The translations under genes and the position numbers were made by a program. The notes under the pieces were generated by a model. The model saw only the letters and a program-made list of their open reading frames with translations. It searched no databases and was not told the DNA's origin. DNA of 63,068 nt, counting the filler, from Intoshia linei (Eukaryota > Animalia > Orthonectida): the NCBI GenBank assembly GCA_001642005.1. It is 4 parts of 4 records of this genome, joined end to end, with 100 filler letters (N's around TTAATTAATTAA, not from the genome) between each part and the next. Parts side by side here need not be neighbours in the genome. Positions count along the whole stretch, not along the records: positions 40,659 to 58,982 come from LWCA01000784.1; positions 59,083 to 63,068 come from LWCA01002000.1; 2 more parts are not named here. One strand, given 5' to 3'. Every line of letters starts with the position of its first letter. Within the stretch, counting starts at the first letter, position 1. Shown one piece after another: positions 51,985 through 63,068 of the stretch.

Positions 51985-54900
51985 ATGTTTAGAGAAAAAA
52001 CCAACATAGATGAAATTCAAGAAATTAGTGAAATTCTTGACGCATTGTACAAAACTTACAAACATGACATTTTACCAGTTGAAAAAAATTACCTTTTTAA
52101 CGAATTCCATTCACCTTTCTTGTGTGAAGCAGACTTTAAAGCCCTTCCAATGGTTTTATTAATAGGACAGTATTCTACTGGTAAAACTAGCTTCATAAAA
52201 CACATGCTGGGTACATTTTTTGTTGTTATTATTTATTCTTTCTAATAGACGAAGATTTCGAGGGTATACGAATTGGTCCTGAACCTACTACAGACGTATT
52301 TATGATTGTATCTTATAGTACTAATCGAGAGTTGGTACCTGGAAATAGTCTTGTTGTTAATCCAAATCTACCTTTAAAATCCCTTGAAAAATATGGAAAT
52401 AAATTTCTTGCTCGCTTACAAGGTAATACATTTCAATAGTTGTACAATATACAATGTACTAATATATAATAATTTACTATTATAATGTAGATTATTATTG
52501 GTAGTATGATTCGTTACCTTCTGGGTTGTATTTGAAAAAATTTAACTTAAAATAAATCAAGTTTTCATTATATGTGCTTAAAAAATTGTCTACATTCCAA
52601 TTAAATGGATTGTATTCAAATGTTAAATTAATTTTACTTCAGTACATGCATTTATAAACTACATCTACTACCAGGGATCGGAAAAAATTAATTGTATACA
52701 ATTAATTGATTAAATATATCAGCAATTAATTGCAATTTTTTTATTTTTACAAACTTGTTTTACGGTAAATGAAAATAAAGAGTATGCTTATTTAATTTAA
52801 GAAACAATTGCATTTCCAAGTTTTCAGGATTAAGACGCCTTAAATTATTGAATGAAAAGCCGACCAAACTAAAGAATCGTTCCACGATATTCGATGTTGG
52901 TATAACAAATCTATAATCCTTGTACTTGGACACAATGTATTTTTTTTAATTTCTTTGGATTATTGATGCAGCGAAATCTGAATTGATACATTCGATAACT
53001 ATATTATTAATAGATATTTTTAATTGATATGTTGCACCCACTTTAACATCTTACATTATTTCAAACTAACTTACGATAACTTATACGTACATAATATCAA
53101 ATTTTTAATATCATAAATACATCATATTTAAAATTGTGTTTATTGGAAGATACAATGTAAATCTTTCTTAACAGTACAGTATTTTTTTTTATTTAATATT
53201 ACTAATCCATCGTATGTTAATGAAGATTTTATATTTTTAATTAATATTTACAAAATCAAGGTATTTATTAATTGATTTTTTTATTCAATTAAATTTTAAT
53301 TTTTTCGCAAAAATTTAACTTTATGATATCCACTTAATATTGTGAATATTAAAGTTCTGGTACTCCGTAAATTCATAAAAAATGCACTGTATCAAATTTG
53401 ATACATTTGTCACGAAAGGGTTAAGTTTTAATATATTTGACAATTAATTGTATATTTAAATAAGTCAATTGGGTTTTATATATTTTAACAATTAATTAAT
53501 TGCAATTAATTTTTTTACAATTAATTTTTTCTGATCCCTGCCACACCATCCATTTTTTTGCAGTTAGTGTTCAATTTAGAGAGCGATCACTGTATTAATG
53601 TTTCACTCTTGCCGATAACATTTAAATTTTTATGACGAAATCACAAAATTTTGACTGTGATCATGTTTTTTATTAAAATTATGAACACGTGTTATTTATC
53701 GAATTTTTTATTTTTACATAATTTTAATAAATTTAAGCTTTATTGATCACTAGCTTGACTGTATGTACTTCATACAAATAGCAGCTAGGTGTGCTGAGGG
53801 CACACTTTTTAATATTAAATTGATTATAGACCAGGGTTTCCCAACCTTTTTTACTACTTTACCCATTAGGGCAGTGGTACTTAACCGTTTTTGACCTATG
53901 TACCCCGGTTAATTTTGTTTGTTTAAATTCATTTTTAGCTCATTTATTTTGGTTTTTAGTGATGTTTGAATTCCCCATAATTAACCCCAAAAACTATACA
54001 TAAAGTTATTATAAACTTATAATAAATTTCGTAAAAATCAAAATAAATTAGCTAGATATGAATTTAAAAAAACAAAACGATACACATAACATGGGCAAAC
54101 CACCAAAAGAACTACAGCTATATGAACACATATAATTTTGATAGTTAATCTATCCGAAAAATTTGAGGTAATGACTGTCGATTTTGCTTGAATTTTTACT
54201 GTCAAATTTTCTTAGTATCACGATTCAAATCTTTAATATTATAAACCCTCTATCCGAAATTATCCGTTTACATTTTTATATTAAATCTTTGATGTAAACG
54301 CAATTTTTGCTTTTTGTTGTTTCTCATTAAAAATGCTATTATTATTATTACTTAAGTAATTTATCGAATTGAAAAAATTTTTATGAAATCTTTTGAAATG
54401 ATTGTAACTTAAAAACGTAAAAATATTGTAATTTAATTAACCGAATCTTCACTTTATAAACATATTTCAGTCGAATTTTACCAAAGATGCAAAGGATTGT
54501 AATAAATATAAAAATGATATTAACAAAGTTGTTTTAGTTTCGTTGTTTAGTTTCTATTTAAATTTGTATTCAAAATATTTTGAAAATGATAATTTGAAAT
54601 TTAAAAATTGCGTAGCAATGAAAAAAATTCCGAAGGAATGAATTATGTAGATTTTCACACATATGTCTTTATTGGAAATGTGTAGAGGTTCAAGGCACTT
54701 ATTTTTTGAAATTTCTTATTCAATCATTTTCATTTTCAATAATTCATATTTAATCACTTATTCAGATTGAAATTTTTTGTGTGTGTTAACAGGATACAAC
54801 TATATCACCTGTAAATTTTTTGAAATTCTAGGGCTGTTTTCATTAAAAAAAGAAGGGTAATTTGTGGTTTTTTATTTTTTTAAATTTAAATTTGTGATAA

Positions 54901-56669
54901 TGTTTATGATTTTAAAATCCGTATTAGCGTATATATATTTTTAAATTCTTCAACTCGTTTGATTTTCAAAAAGAAGGACAATTTGGTTTTTGACACGTAA
55001 GATGTGAGTTTGGGAGCTTGCAATTTATCTTATTATATGTCTTGGAAAAAACGGTAAATGTGGACTTTATAAAATTGTAAGACTGGTAGTTATTTCAATA
55101 AAGTGGAACACACACAAACAAAAATCGCGTAGCATATTATATAAGTAAGTATTGTACATGTATTATAATAAAATTAATAATTATCAAGCAAGTTTGTATA
55201 TTATTTAATAATCTATTTGATCTTAAATTTTTTAATTACTTAATTTGTAAATAGGATCAATGTTGCCTAATGATGTTTTAAAAAGCATATCATTTATTGA
55301 TACCCCTGGTATATTATCAGGAAGCGAGAGAAACGTTCATCGAGGGTACCCTTACAACGAAATAATATTAAATCTGGCAGAACGTGTTGATTCAATCATC
55401 ATTATGCTCGACGCTCATAGTTTAGACATTAATACTGAATTTACCAACGTCATAAAAAGTTTAAGAGAATACGACGAAAAAGTAATTTGAACTTTAATCA
55501 TTGATGGAAACATTTTTTCTAATTATGAATACAAAATATTAATCATTAATTGTAACTGATTTAATGTTTAATTTTTAATTAATATACGAACATTAAATGT
55601 AAATTAAATTATAATAATAATGTAGATAAAATTTGTTCTCAATAAATCTGACCAAGTTGACAATCAAGAACTGATGAGAGTTTACGGAGCTCTCATGTGG
55701 AATCTAGGAAATGTTATGATGGTTCCAGAAGTACCTAGAGTTTATGTAAGCAATTTTTCCAACAACCCACTTAGATACACTTTCAATAAAGATTTAATCT
55801 TAAAAGAAGCAAAAGACTTATATAATGACATTATGAAATTACCAAAGTATTCGGCCACTAGAAAATTAAACTCTCTAGCTAGACGAGTTCGATTAATTAA
55901 AGTATATTAAAATTTAATAATTTTTAAAAGTGTTATTAATAGGTCCATGCAAAAATAATTGGCCATTTAAAAACTCAAATGCCTTTATTTGGAAAAGAAA
56001 AGAAAAAAAAAGAATTGATACATAATTTAAAAGATATTTTTACATCTGTTGCAGGAAGGGAAATGTCGATTGGAGATTTTCCAAATGTTGATGCAATGAA
56101 AAAGAATTTGGAAAAGTACGATTTTTCTAAATTTAAAGGACCGTCTAAAGCTCAAATTCAATCTCTAGATGATTTTTTGAACGATAAATTACCTAAATTG
56201 GTTACACGAACAAATAAAATTAACGCTGAAAATAGAGGTGAAAAAAATATTAGTGGTGGTATCTTTTCCATGAGAACTGCTACCGATTTGTTCGATATTG
56301 ATAATAAAGGCATTAACGAGGGTAAGGCTGGTGACGAATGGATTGTAAGCGATAAAAAATCGACTTATGATGATATTTTCTACTCTCTCAAACTTTCAAA
56401 TAATAAACTAAATGGACTCAACGGTAGTGAGTACATGAGAAAGTCCAATTTACCCGATGCTGTCCTAGGTAGGATTTGGACTTTGAGCGATATTGATAAG
56501 GACGGGTATCTAGATTGTGATGAATTTGCTCTCGCTTCCCATTTGATGGGAATTGCTGTCAATGGAAGAGATATTCCTAGCACGTTTTTTTTATTTATTA
56601 TTTTTTCAACTTTGAATTTTTAGATTACCTGATCATCTCATACCTCCTTCAAAGATGGATTCGTTTTAG
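51985..56669 (+). CDS. EHD1: EH domain-containing protein (EHD/RME-1/Past1)
   Basis: EFHSP, MVLLIGQYSTGKTSFI (P-loop), RIGPEPTTD, IDTPGILSG, LMRVYGALMW, EH domain LGRIWTLSDIDKDGYLDCDEFALA, LPDHLIPPSK; about 6 exons. Confidence 0.95.
52672..53540 (-). mobile_element. hAT deletion derivative in an EHD intron
   Basis: TIRs CAGGGATCGGAAAAAATTAATTG ... CAATTAATTTTTTCTGATCCCTG; remnant FVIPTSNIVERFFSLVG...PENLEMQLFLK at ~52790-52910; TSD not preserved. Confidence 0.75.
53750..55151 (-). mobile_element. Helitron-family copy with both ends, in an EHD intron
   Basis: CTAG plus hairpin end at 53750; microsatellite-bearing 5' end at ~55151; shared internal modules; includes hAT TIR fragments at ~53832-53900. 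Confidence 0.7.
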
Positions 56670-57295
56670 ATGTATTGTTTTTTTATTAATACAAATTAAA
56701 TTTTTTATTTTTACCATTACCAGGTTTTTGTCTTGATAAATAGTGGAGTCTTATAGGGGAGGGCTTTTCAGGTGAAAAGATTAAAATTGAATTTCGTGGA
56801 TCGGATTGATAATTATGGTTTTATATTTGGAATATTTACTTTTCCTTGCATTAAACAAGACTTACCAGAACGAACCTACCAAGCTCGAGGTCACACAAAA
56901 ATGAAAAATAGGCCCAATAAAAGATTCACTGACGATTCGTAGTATAGCACTAGCCATTTTTCTAAGGATCTTAACTTAACATTTTAAATTTAACACAAAA
57001 TAGTTGATATTCAATAATATAATTTTGTAAAAATTGGGTCCCCATTTTATAAAAATTCTTCAACCTATCTTCCCCCTTCGAAGAGGGTATGGTAGGTTTG
57101 GCATTACCATTTCATTCAATAAGTTAAAAATTAAATTGCGAATTAGAAATGAATTGTAAAATGCAATTTACAAGGCTTAATATTTACAATTCTATTGTCA
57201 AGAAACTGAGCAATTGGAATTATAAATCAACTTTATTTGTTAGATTTGATTAGTAATTATTTTTTATCGATTGTGATAATTTAATTAAGATTAAA

Positions 57296-58542
57296 ATGGG
57301 AAAATTGTTTTTGTCAAATATCGGAGGAAAAAGAATATATTGCTGCGCTAGTTGCGATACACCATTAACTAACCAAACCGAGGTTATTATAGTATATCTT
57401 GTTTAACCGTTTTCTGGTGGCACCGTGCCACTGCCACGTATCTTAACCCTTTCACTGTCTGGAATTTATGTTTTAATTTAAACTTGTATAAATTTTAAAT
57501 TACCTATGTAAAAATAAAAGAATAAAGTTTTTCAAAATTATGCTGTGTATATCAGGGGTTCTCAACGTGGGCCACAGAAATTTTTCAACATTAAAAAAAT
57601 TTGGTGTATTAAGCCATAAAATTGCTAACCAAAACAAAATCTATAAATGCATAATGAATTTGAAATATAAATTTGGAATTATGGTTTTGCAGATCTTCAA
57701 AACTTTGAACCAAATGATGAAACCAGTCCTGAACTAACTGAAAAACTCTTGGACTTAATTAAATTATTTTAAGTTTTAAAAGAAGATTTGAAATTAGTAA
57801 GACGAATAGAAAAGGAAGGTGTATTTGGATTTATGGGAATTCAATAATTAAATCCAATTGTGTTTGATTATGTTCAACTAAGCATGTTTGCTTTTTTTAT
57901 AACATGGCTTGTTGAAGCTGGATTTTCAGCAGTGGTTGATATTTTTAGTAAGAAGAGGTCAAAATTGGATGTGAACAACCGAGGAATAATGCGATTAAGA
58001 TTGACTAAACTAATAGAAATTGATTACGATTCATTGTGCAACAAACACCAATGCCACTAACTAACTAGTATAAATTTAAATAAATAAAGCATTTTACTGT
58101 AAATAAAAGTAGATATTTTAAGGTTTTTTAAGGTGGGCCATGGAATTTTAGGCAAAACTTTTTTAGGTCATGGCCTGAAAAAGGTTGAGAACCGCTGGTG
58201 TATAGTATAGATTCTATACTATAGAATACACAAACAATGAAAGGGTTTAGAAAGTTTTAAAATTCATGGCTATTTTTTTAATGGTTAAATAAATAAGTAT
58301 AGTTAAAGAATTTTTTGTATCGATAAAACTATAATTGTGTTATTTTAAATGCTAAATTAAATGATGACGAAAATCGTCCATGTCAGTCGAACTATTTTAT
58401 TTTTTTGAAAACTTCTGTCATGCGTTAATCTCATTTTGCATTTCATTTAATTTCTAGTTAATGTCTACACGATTTACTGGTTCAACAGGAAGGGCTTATT
58501 TGTTCAAAAATGCTGTTAATATCGTTTTTAGTAATATAGAAG
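57296..58542 (+). CDS. YPEL5: Yippee-like 5 (first two coding exons; remainder lost at the gap)
   Basis: Exons 57296-57382 and 58458-58542: [50 protein letters not shown], matching YPEL5 [22 protein letters not shown]...ISTRFTGATGRAFLF. Confidence 0.9.
57447..58245. mobile_element. piggyBac-like non-autonomous element in YPEL5 intron 1
   Basis: TTAA|CCCTTTCACTGT ... ACAATGAAAGGG|TTTA. Confidence 0.6.
57553..58197 (+). mobile_element. Buster/Charlie-type hAT deletion derivative
   Basis: TIRs CAGGGGTTCTCAAC ... GTTGAGAACCGCTG; TSD GTGTATAT / GTGTATAG; remnant WLVEAGFSAVVDIFSKKRSKLDVNNRG.MRLRLT. Confidence 0.85.
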
Positions 58543-58570
58543 GTATGCTCAATTTTTATTTTATAATACA

Positions 58571-58850
58571 CTTGGTTGACTGTTATGTAGTACGTACAAA
58601 CAGCACCTAGCTTTGCCGAGGGCACATTTTTATTATACTAAAAAAATAAATCCACGTTATAAATCTAACTTAAAAATCCTACTATTCACTATTGTCAATC
58701 CTTTAAAAGAGTGGTTCTCAAATTTGTTTCAGGTGGAACCATCATATCACATTACTTTTTACTTTAAAGTTTGTAAAGAATTTTAAAAACAATTGTTATT
58801 GCATTTTTTTAATTTATTAGACATGAATGTGTGTATAATTATACAAAACA
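58571..58850 (-). mobile_element. Helitron-family 3' fragment in YPEL5 intron 2
   Basis: Near-identical to 21427-21620 and 23905-24190. Confidence 0.7.
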
Positions 58851-58982
58851 GCCAAACTAGTCATTACTTATATGATACGCAATGTTTATTTGTGTGTTCT
58901 ACTTTATTTATTTATTACGTTAATTATAATTATTAATACATAATTGGTATTTTTAAGTATTTATTAAATTGGTACTGAATAT

Positions 58983-59082
58983 NNNNNNNNNNNNNNNNNN
59001 NNNNNNNNNNNNNNNNNNNNNNNNNNTTAATTAATTAANNNNNNNNNNNNNNNNNNNNNNNNNNNNNNNNNNNNNNNNNNNN
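58983..59082. other. Assembly spacer: 44 N + TTAATTAATTAA + 44 N
   Basis: Same structure as the other two gaps. Confidence 0.97.
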
Positions 59083-59356
59083 CGCCTTCACGGTATATAT
59101 CTCGAATAAATAGGAAATAACGATTTGCCAACCTTTTACAGATGATCAAAACATTCATACATGTTAACGGACTCGTAAAAGAATCCGTGGATGGAAAACG
59201 ATGTTCTAGAGCAGTTCTGGATATATTTTACATCTTCATAGAATCATATTGAAATTTTGGAAAATATGACTGCACATTTCATACTTTAATCCAATTCACA
59301 GCCTTAATGACAATCTCCGGTCTATTGAATATATTACTCAATTATTTTTAACCATG

Positions 59357-59547
59357 TGTAACGAAATATAGTTATCGATTGAAATATCTGGTGTTATTAA
59401 GACTTTAGACACAAGAAAGAGCAATATTTTATTTAAGTAGAAATATATTTATAAGTCTTGATAGATAGTGATAATAGATTTGTCTTGTAACAATTCTAAT
59501 CTAAGTTAGTTTTAAATTAATATTAATTGATAGTAGAATATGTTACA
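59357..59547 (-). repeat. 3' LTR
   Basis: Direct repeat of 61651-61847 with a few substitutions and small indels. Confidence 0.92.
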
Positions 59548-61650
59548 AGTGCCCCCCTGGGCGGTACCGGTGAGGTAGTTTAAATTTTTCTCTTGGTCGA
59601 AAATAAGGCATATTTTTGTTTGAGATTGGGTTATTGTTTTCATAATTTTGTGTATGATAACTAGGTTTTTTGATAGATTTTTTGTCATAATAAAATTTTA
59701 TTCTCTGATTATCTTTTGCTTTCTTGTTAGTATAATATTGGTTCAAATATGGGTTTAGATCATGTATCGGTAGTGACAGTTCTTTATTAAATACCATTAG
59801 CGCTGGTGAATATTTATGTTTTTCAGTAGGTGTTTTTCTAATAGACAAAACTATCATTGGCAGCATTTCGTCTCAATTGTCTACATCTGTGTTGCAATTT
59901 GTTCTGATTTTGTCTCGCAAAACACGATTTAATCTTTCTATTTTCCCCACTGAATTGTGACGATAAGGTGTAATATTTGTTTTTATAAATCCAGTGATTA
60001 AGGATAAATTCTTTATAATGTTCGATTCGAATTGTGATCCGCAGTCAGTATGAATTTGTTTAGGTACACCATATCTGGATATTATGTTAGTTATAATAGC
60101 TTAAGAACTGAATCTGCTGTAACTTCATTTAACGCTATGGCTTCAGGCAATCCAGTATAGTGATCGATCATACTTAGTATGTATCAATTATCTTCCTGCG
60201 TTTGTAGCAATGGACCTAGTACGTCGATTTCCCATAGTTCATTGAATTTATTAGTCTCAATTTGTCTAAGGGGACAGATATTATTTCTCCTTTCCCGGTA
60301 TTACATTTATGGCATTGCTGCACCCATTCACTTATTTCTTTCGTAATACTGTTCCAAAAATAGTAAGCTTGTATTAATTTAATGGTTTTTTTTATTCCTG
60401 GGTGGAAAAATTTAATTATATGGACCTTTTTATTGGCTGGAACTAGAACTCGTTTTCCTGATGCCGTTTCTACGCATATTAAATTGTCTTTCCTGGTAAA
60501 TACTTGTAATTGGTGATACGGATTCGATTTTGGTATTGGTTTATTTTTGTTGAAGTTTCTTATTATTTCCTTACAGCTATTATCTTGACCTTGGGCTAAT
60601 TTCAAATCAAATAGATCTGTGTCATCAAGATTTATTCTGTTCACATTCTGATTTCGCTGATCAATGGGATTTCTTGATAGAAGATCCGCTGTGACATTAT
60701 CTCGCCTTTTCTTATACTTGATTATGAAATCAAAATCTTGTAAGAGTTGAAGATAACGGAAATATCTGCTGGTCCCACTTTTGAGAGATTTCAAATTCAC
60801 CAAAGGTTTATGATCAGTTATAATTTTGAAATGTCGACCTTGTAGGTATGGTCTAAACTTGTTAGTTGCCCAGTCTACAACAAGAAATTCTTTATCGAAT
60901 GTGCTGTAGTTGATTTGGGGTGGCCGTAATTTTTTACTGGCATATTGTATCACTTTATTGTCTTGTAATAGAACAGCCCCCATTCCATCCCATCTGATAA
61001 TTCTATGTTGTGAATGGTTTCTGGCTTGTATTCTATGGTTTGTTGCCTTATATTCCTTGATTGATTTTTAGGGATATTAACTGTATTTTTTTGATATATT
61101 AATTTTGGATCTCTTGCGTTATTTATTTTTTCATAATATTGATTCGAATAATTAGCATTTGACACACTTTTGCATGTTTTTATAACTTCCTTCATGCTTT
61201 CGTTTTCTTGTTCAATTAATAAGTTTTGTAATTTAAAATGATTTCAACTCCTGATTAATTAGTCTCGAACTCTATTATCATTATCTGTACCGAATGCACA
61301 CCTTTTGAAATGATTAAAAACACGGTCAATGTATTTGTCAATGTTTTCGCTTTTGTATCGAAATATATTTGGGAAATCAATTCGTTCTTTTGTCGGGTTT
61401 CCTATGCTCCATTTCATCAATTCAAGTTTTATGGCTGTGTATGAGTTAAAAATTTGCGTTTTCACTAATCTTTCACTTAAACAATGTGATTTTTTGCTTT
61501 TTTTTAAACTTTTGATCCTCATTTGCAAATAGCAAAAAATTTTCAAAATGATTGATCCATTGCTCTGTTGTACATCGTGGATTACCTTCAAAATCAAATA
61601 ATTCTGCTAGAGGTTTAATTAGCATTTTCAGGACTTTAATTAAATATATT

Positions 61651-61847
61651 TGTAACGTGTGAGACGAAATATAGTTATCGATTGAAATATCTGGTGTTAT
61701 TAAGACTTTAGACACAAGACAGAGCAATATTTTATTTAAGTAGAAATATATTTATAAGTCTTGATAGTGAGTGATAATAGATTTGTCTTGTAACTATTCT
61801 AATCTAAGTTAGTTTTAAATTAATATTAAATTATAGAATATGTTACG
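61651..61847 (-). repeat. 5' LTR
   Basis: Direct repeat of 59357-59547; TATAAATA and AATAAA present on the minus strand. Confidence 0.92.
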
Positions 61848-62186
61848 CTATGTACCATTTTCAATGTGTTTATATTTCAAATTCCAATATTGAAAATTTT
61901 ATTAATATTTAATCCAATTATAATGGAAAACTTAAAAAAACATGACTGTAGTGATGACCTTGACGTCTCAAATTACCAACTTGTTGGTTATTTGGAAATT
62001 TGATTGGTATACATTTATGTACAAGTAAAAATATTTAATTACGTCAATGCTGAACTTGATTTATTTAACAAGTAATTTGATAAATTTAATTTCACTTGTT
62101 TCAGAGTCAATTTCTGGGTATCGATTTCTTCACCACCCACGTATTATTCAGTTTTATCCATTATATCAATTTTAATTAAATATAAA

Positions 62187-63036
62187 ATGGATTTGATTAG
62201 ATTTGATCAATTTAATATTGAAACAAGGGAAATTACCAAAAATAAACATGGTTGTTCAAAATTAAAAACAGACAGAGATGAAAAGATTCAATTTATGAAA
62301 TGTAACACACCGCCAGCTAAGAGAAATAGAATTACGTTTAATCATAACCAATTATACGAAATGGAATTTGTCTTTAAAAAAACGCATTATCCAGACATAA
62401 TGACACGGCAGAAACTGGCATGTTTATGTAATTTATCAGAAGAACGTGTTCAAGTAATTATAAATATAATATTATAAAACTTTACATTTTTGGACGAGAA
62501 TCATTAAAAATTAAAAACATTCTTATACAAACCTGACTAAGTACAGTACTCAGTAAAATAGTAAGGACATAAATACGTATTTTTGGCAAACTGCCAAATA
62601 CGTGAAATGACATAACTTTGTTTTATAACTCAATAAATTACAACTATGAGAAATTTCGTTTTTAAGTAACATAAAAATACATATTTTCTACGTATAAAAT
62701 ATGGCCAGTGACCAAACTAAGTAAAGTGTTTAGAATTTTAAGGTTATTTAAAAATTAAACAAAATGTATTATTCTAAAGACATTTAATTTATTTGATATT
62801 TTTGTATAAATATTTATATAAATTGATCAGTGTCATGTCAAAATCAAATTAAGAGAAACATTTGTATGATGTATTATTTTTCTTCGCGTAAATTTGACTA
62901 TTCAATTTCAACATGTGGAAACAATTAAGATTACATGAATTTTTTTAAAACATTTACTTTACTATATACATTTACTACATGTAGTAATATAGTATATTAT
63001 TATTAATATATTTATTTAGGTATGGTTTCAAAATAG
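62187..63036 (+). CDS. Paired-class (Q50) homeobox transcription factor, partial; family uncertain (Prrx/Drgx/Alx-like)
   Basis: KRNRITFNHNQLYEMEFVFKKTHYPDIMTRQKLACLCNLSEERVQ | intron | VWFQNR (63020-63036); the intron at homeodomain 46/47 is typical of the PRD class. Confidence 0.9.
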
Positions 63037-63068
63037 GTATATATTTAACGATGATTATAAAAAAATAT

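Larger units (their letters stand above)
59357..61847 (-). mobile_element. Ty3/Gypsy LTR retrotransposon, internally deleted (gag remnant, RNase H, integrase)
   Basis: Two ~190-bp LTRs (TGTAAC...GTTAC), TSD CCATG / CTATG, G-rich PPT next to the 59547 boundary; RNase H GAVLLQ...YASKKL...NYSTFDKEFL...TDHKPL...NVTADLLSR; integrase H..C..C, IDHYT, IHTDCGSQF, GKIERLNR. Confidence 0.93.

Noticed and set aside
59083-59350. Coding-like sequence left of the LTR element
   Set aside because: The frames I read contained stops and no recognisable domain.
1-63068. Non-standard genetic code or stop-codon reassignment
   Set aside because: Conserved genes end at TAA or TAG at expected positions, the lectin receptor ends at TGA, and the 680-codon ATPase exon has no internal stop. 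Internal stops are essentially confined to decayed TEs and the pseudogene.

Overview
This is very AT-rich animal genomic DNA, not prokaryotic. It has four segments joined by identical artificial spacers (44 N + TTAATTAATTAA + 44 N). Genes have many 35-45 nt introns plus a few kilobase introns filled with nested transposons. This architecture and the fast-evolving, lophotrochozoan-type proteins suggest a reduced parasitic spiralian such as the orthonectid Intoshia (inference, not verified). Recognisable genes: a partial CLC chloride transporter, NDUFAF4, DNAJC8 with a long N-terminal extension, two adjacent SUEL-lectin/CUB-like surface proteins, BCS1L, Na+/K+-ATPase alpha plus an inverted decayed fragment of it, SEL1L, an EHD protein, partial YPEL5 and a Q50 paired-class homeobox gene. 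Mobile DNA includes many hAT elements (several with exact 8-bp TSDs, one with a CGGBP1-like transposase), Tc1 and Tigger remnants, a piggyBac-like element, a multi-copy non-autonomous Helitron family, and a 2.5-kb Gypsy element lacking protease, RT and PBS. I found no CRISPR array, rRNA or tRNA, and no convincing wholly new biological system. The best leads are the lectin-receptor pair, the ultra-compact gene cluster, a shared upstream motif and the Helitron family. All splice models and translations were done by eye.
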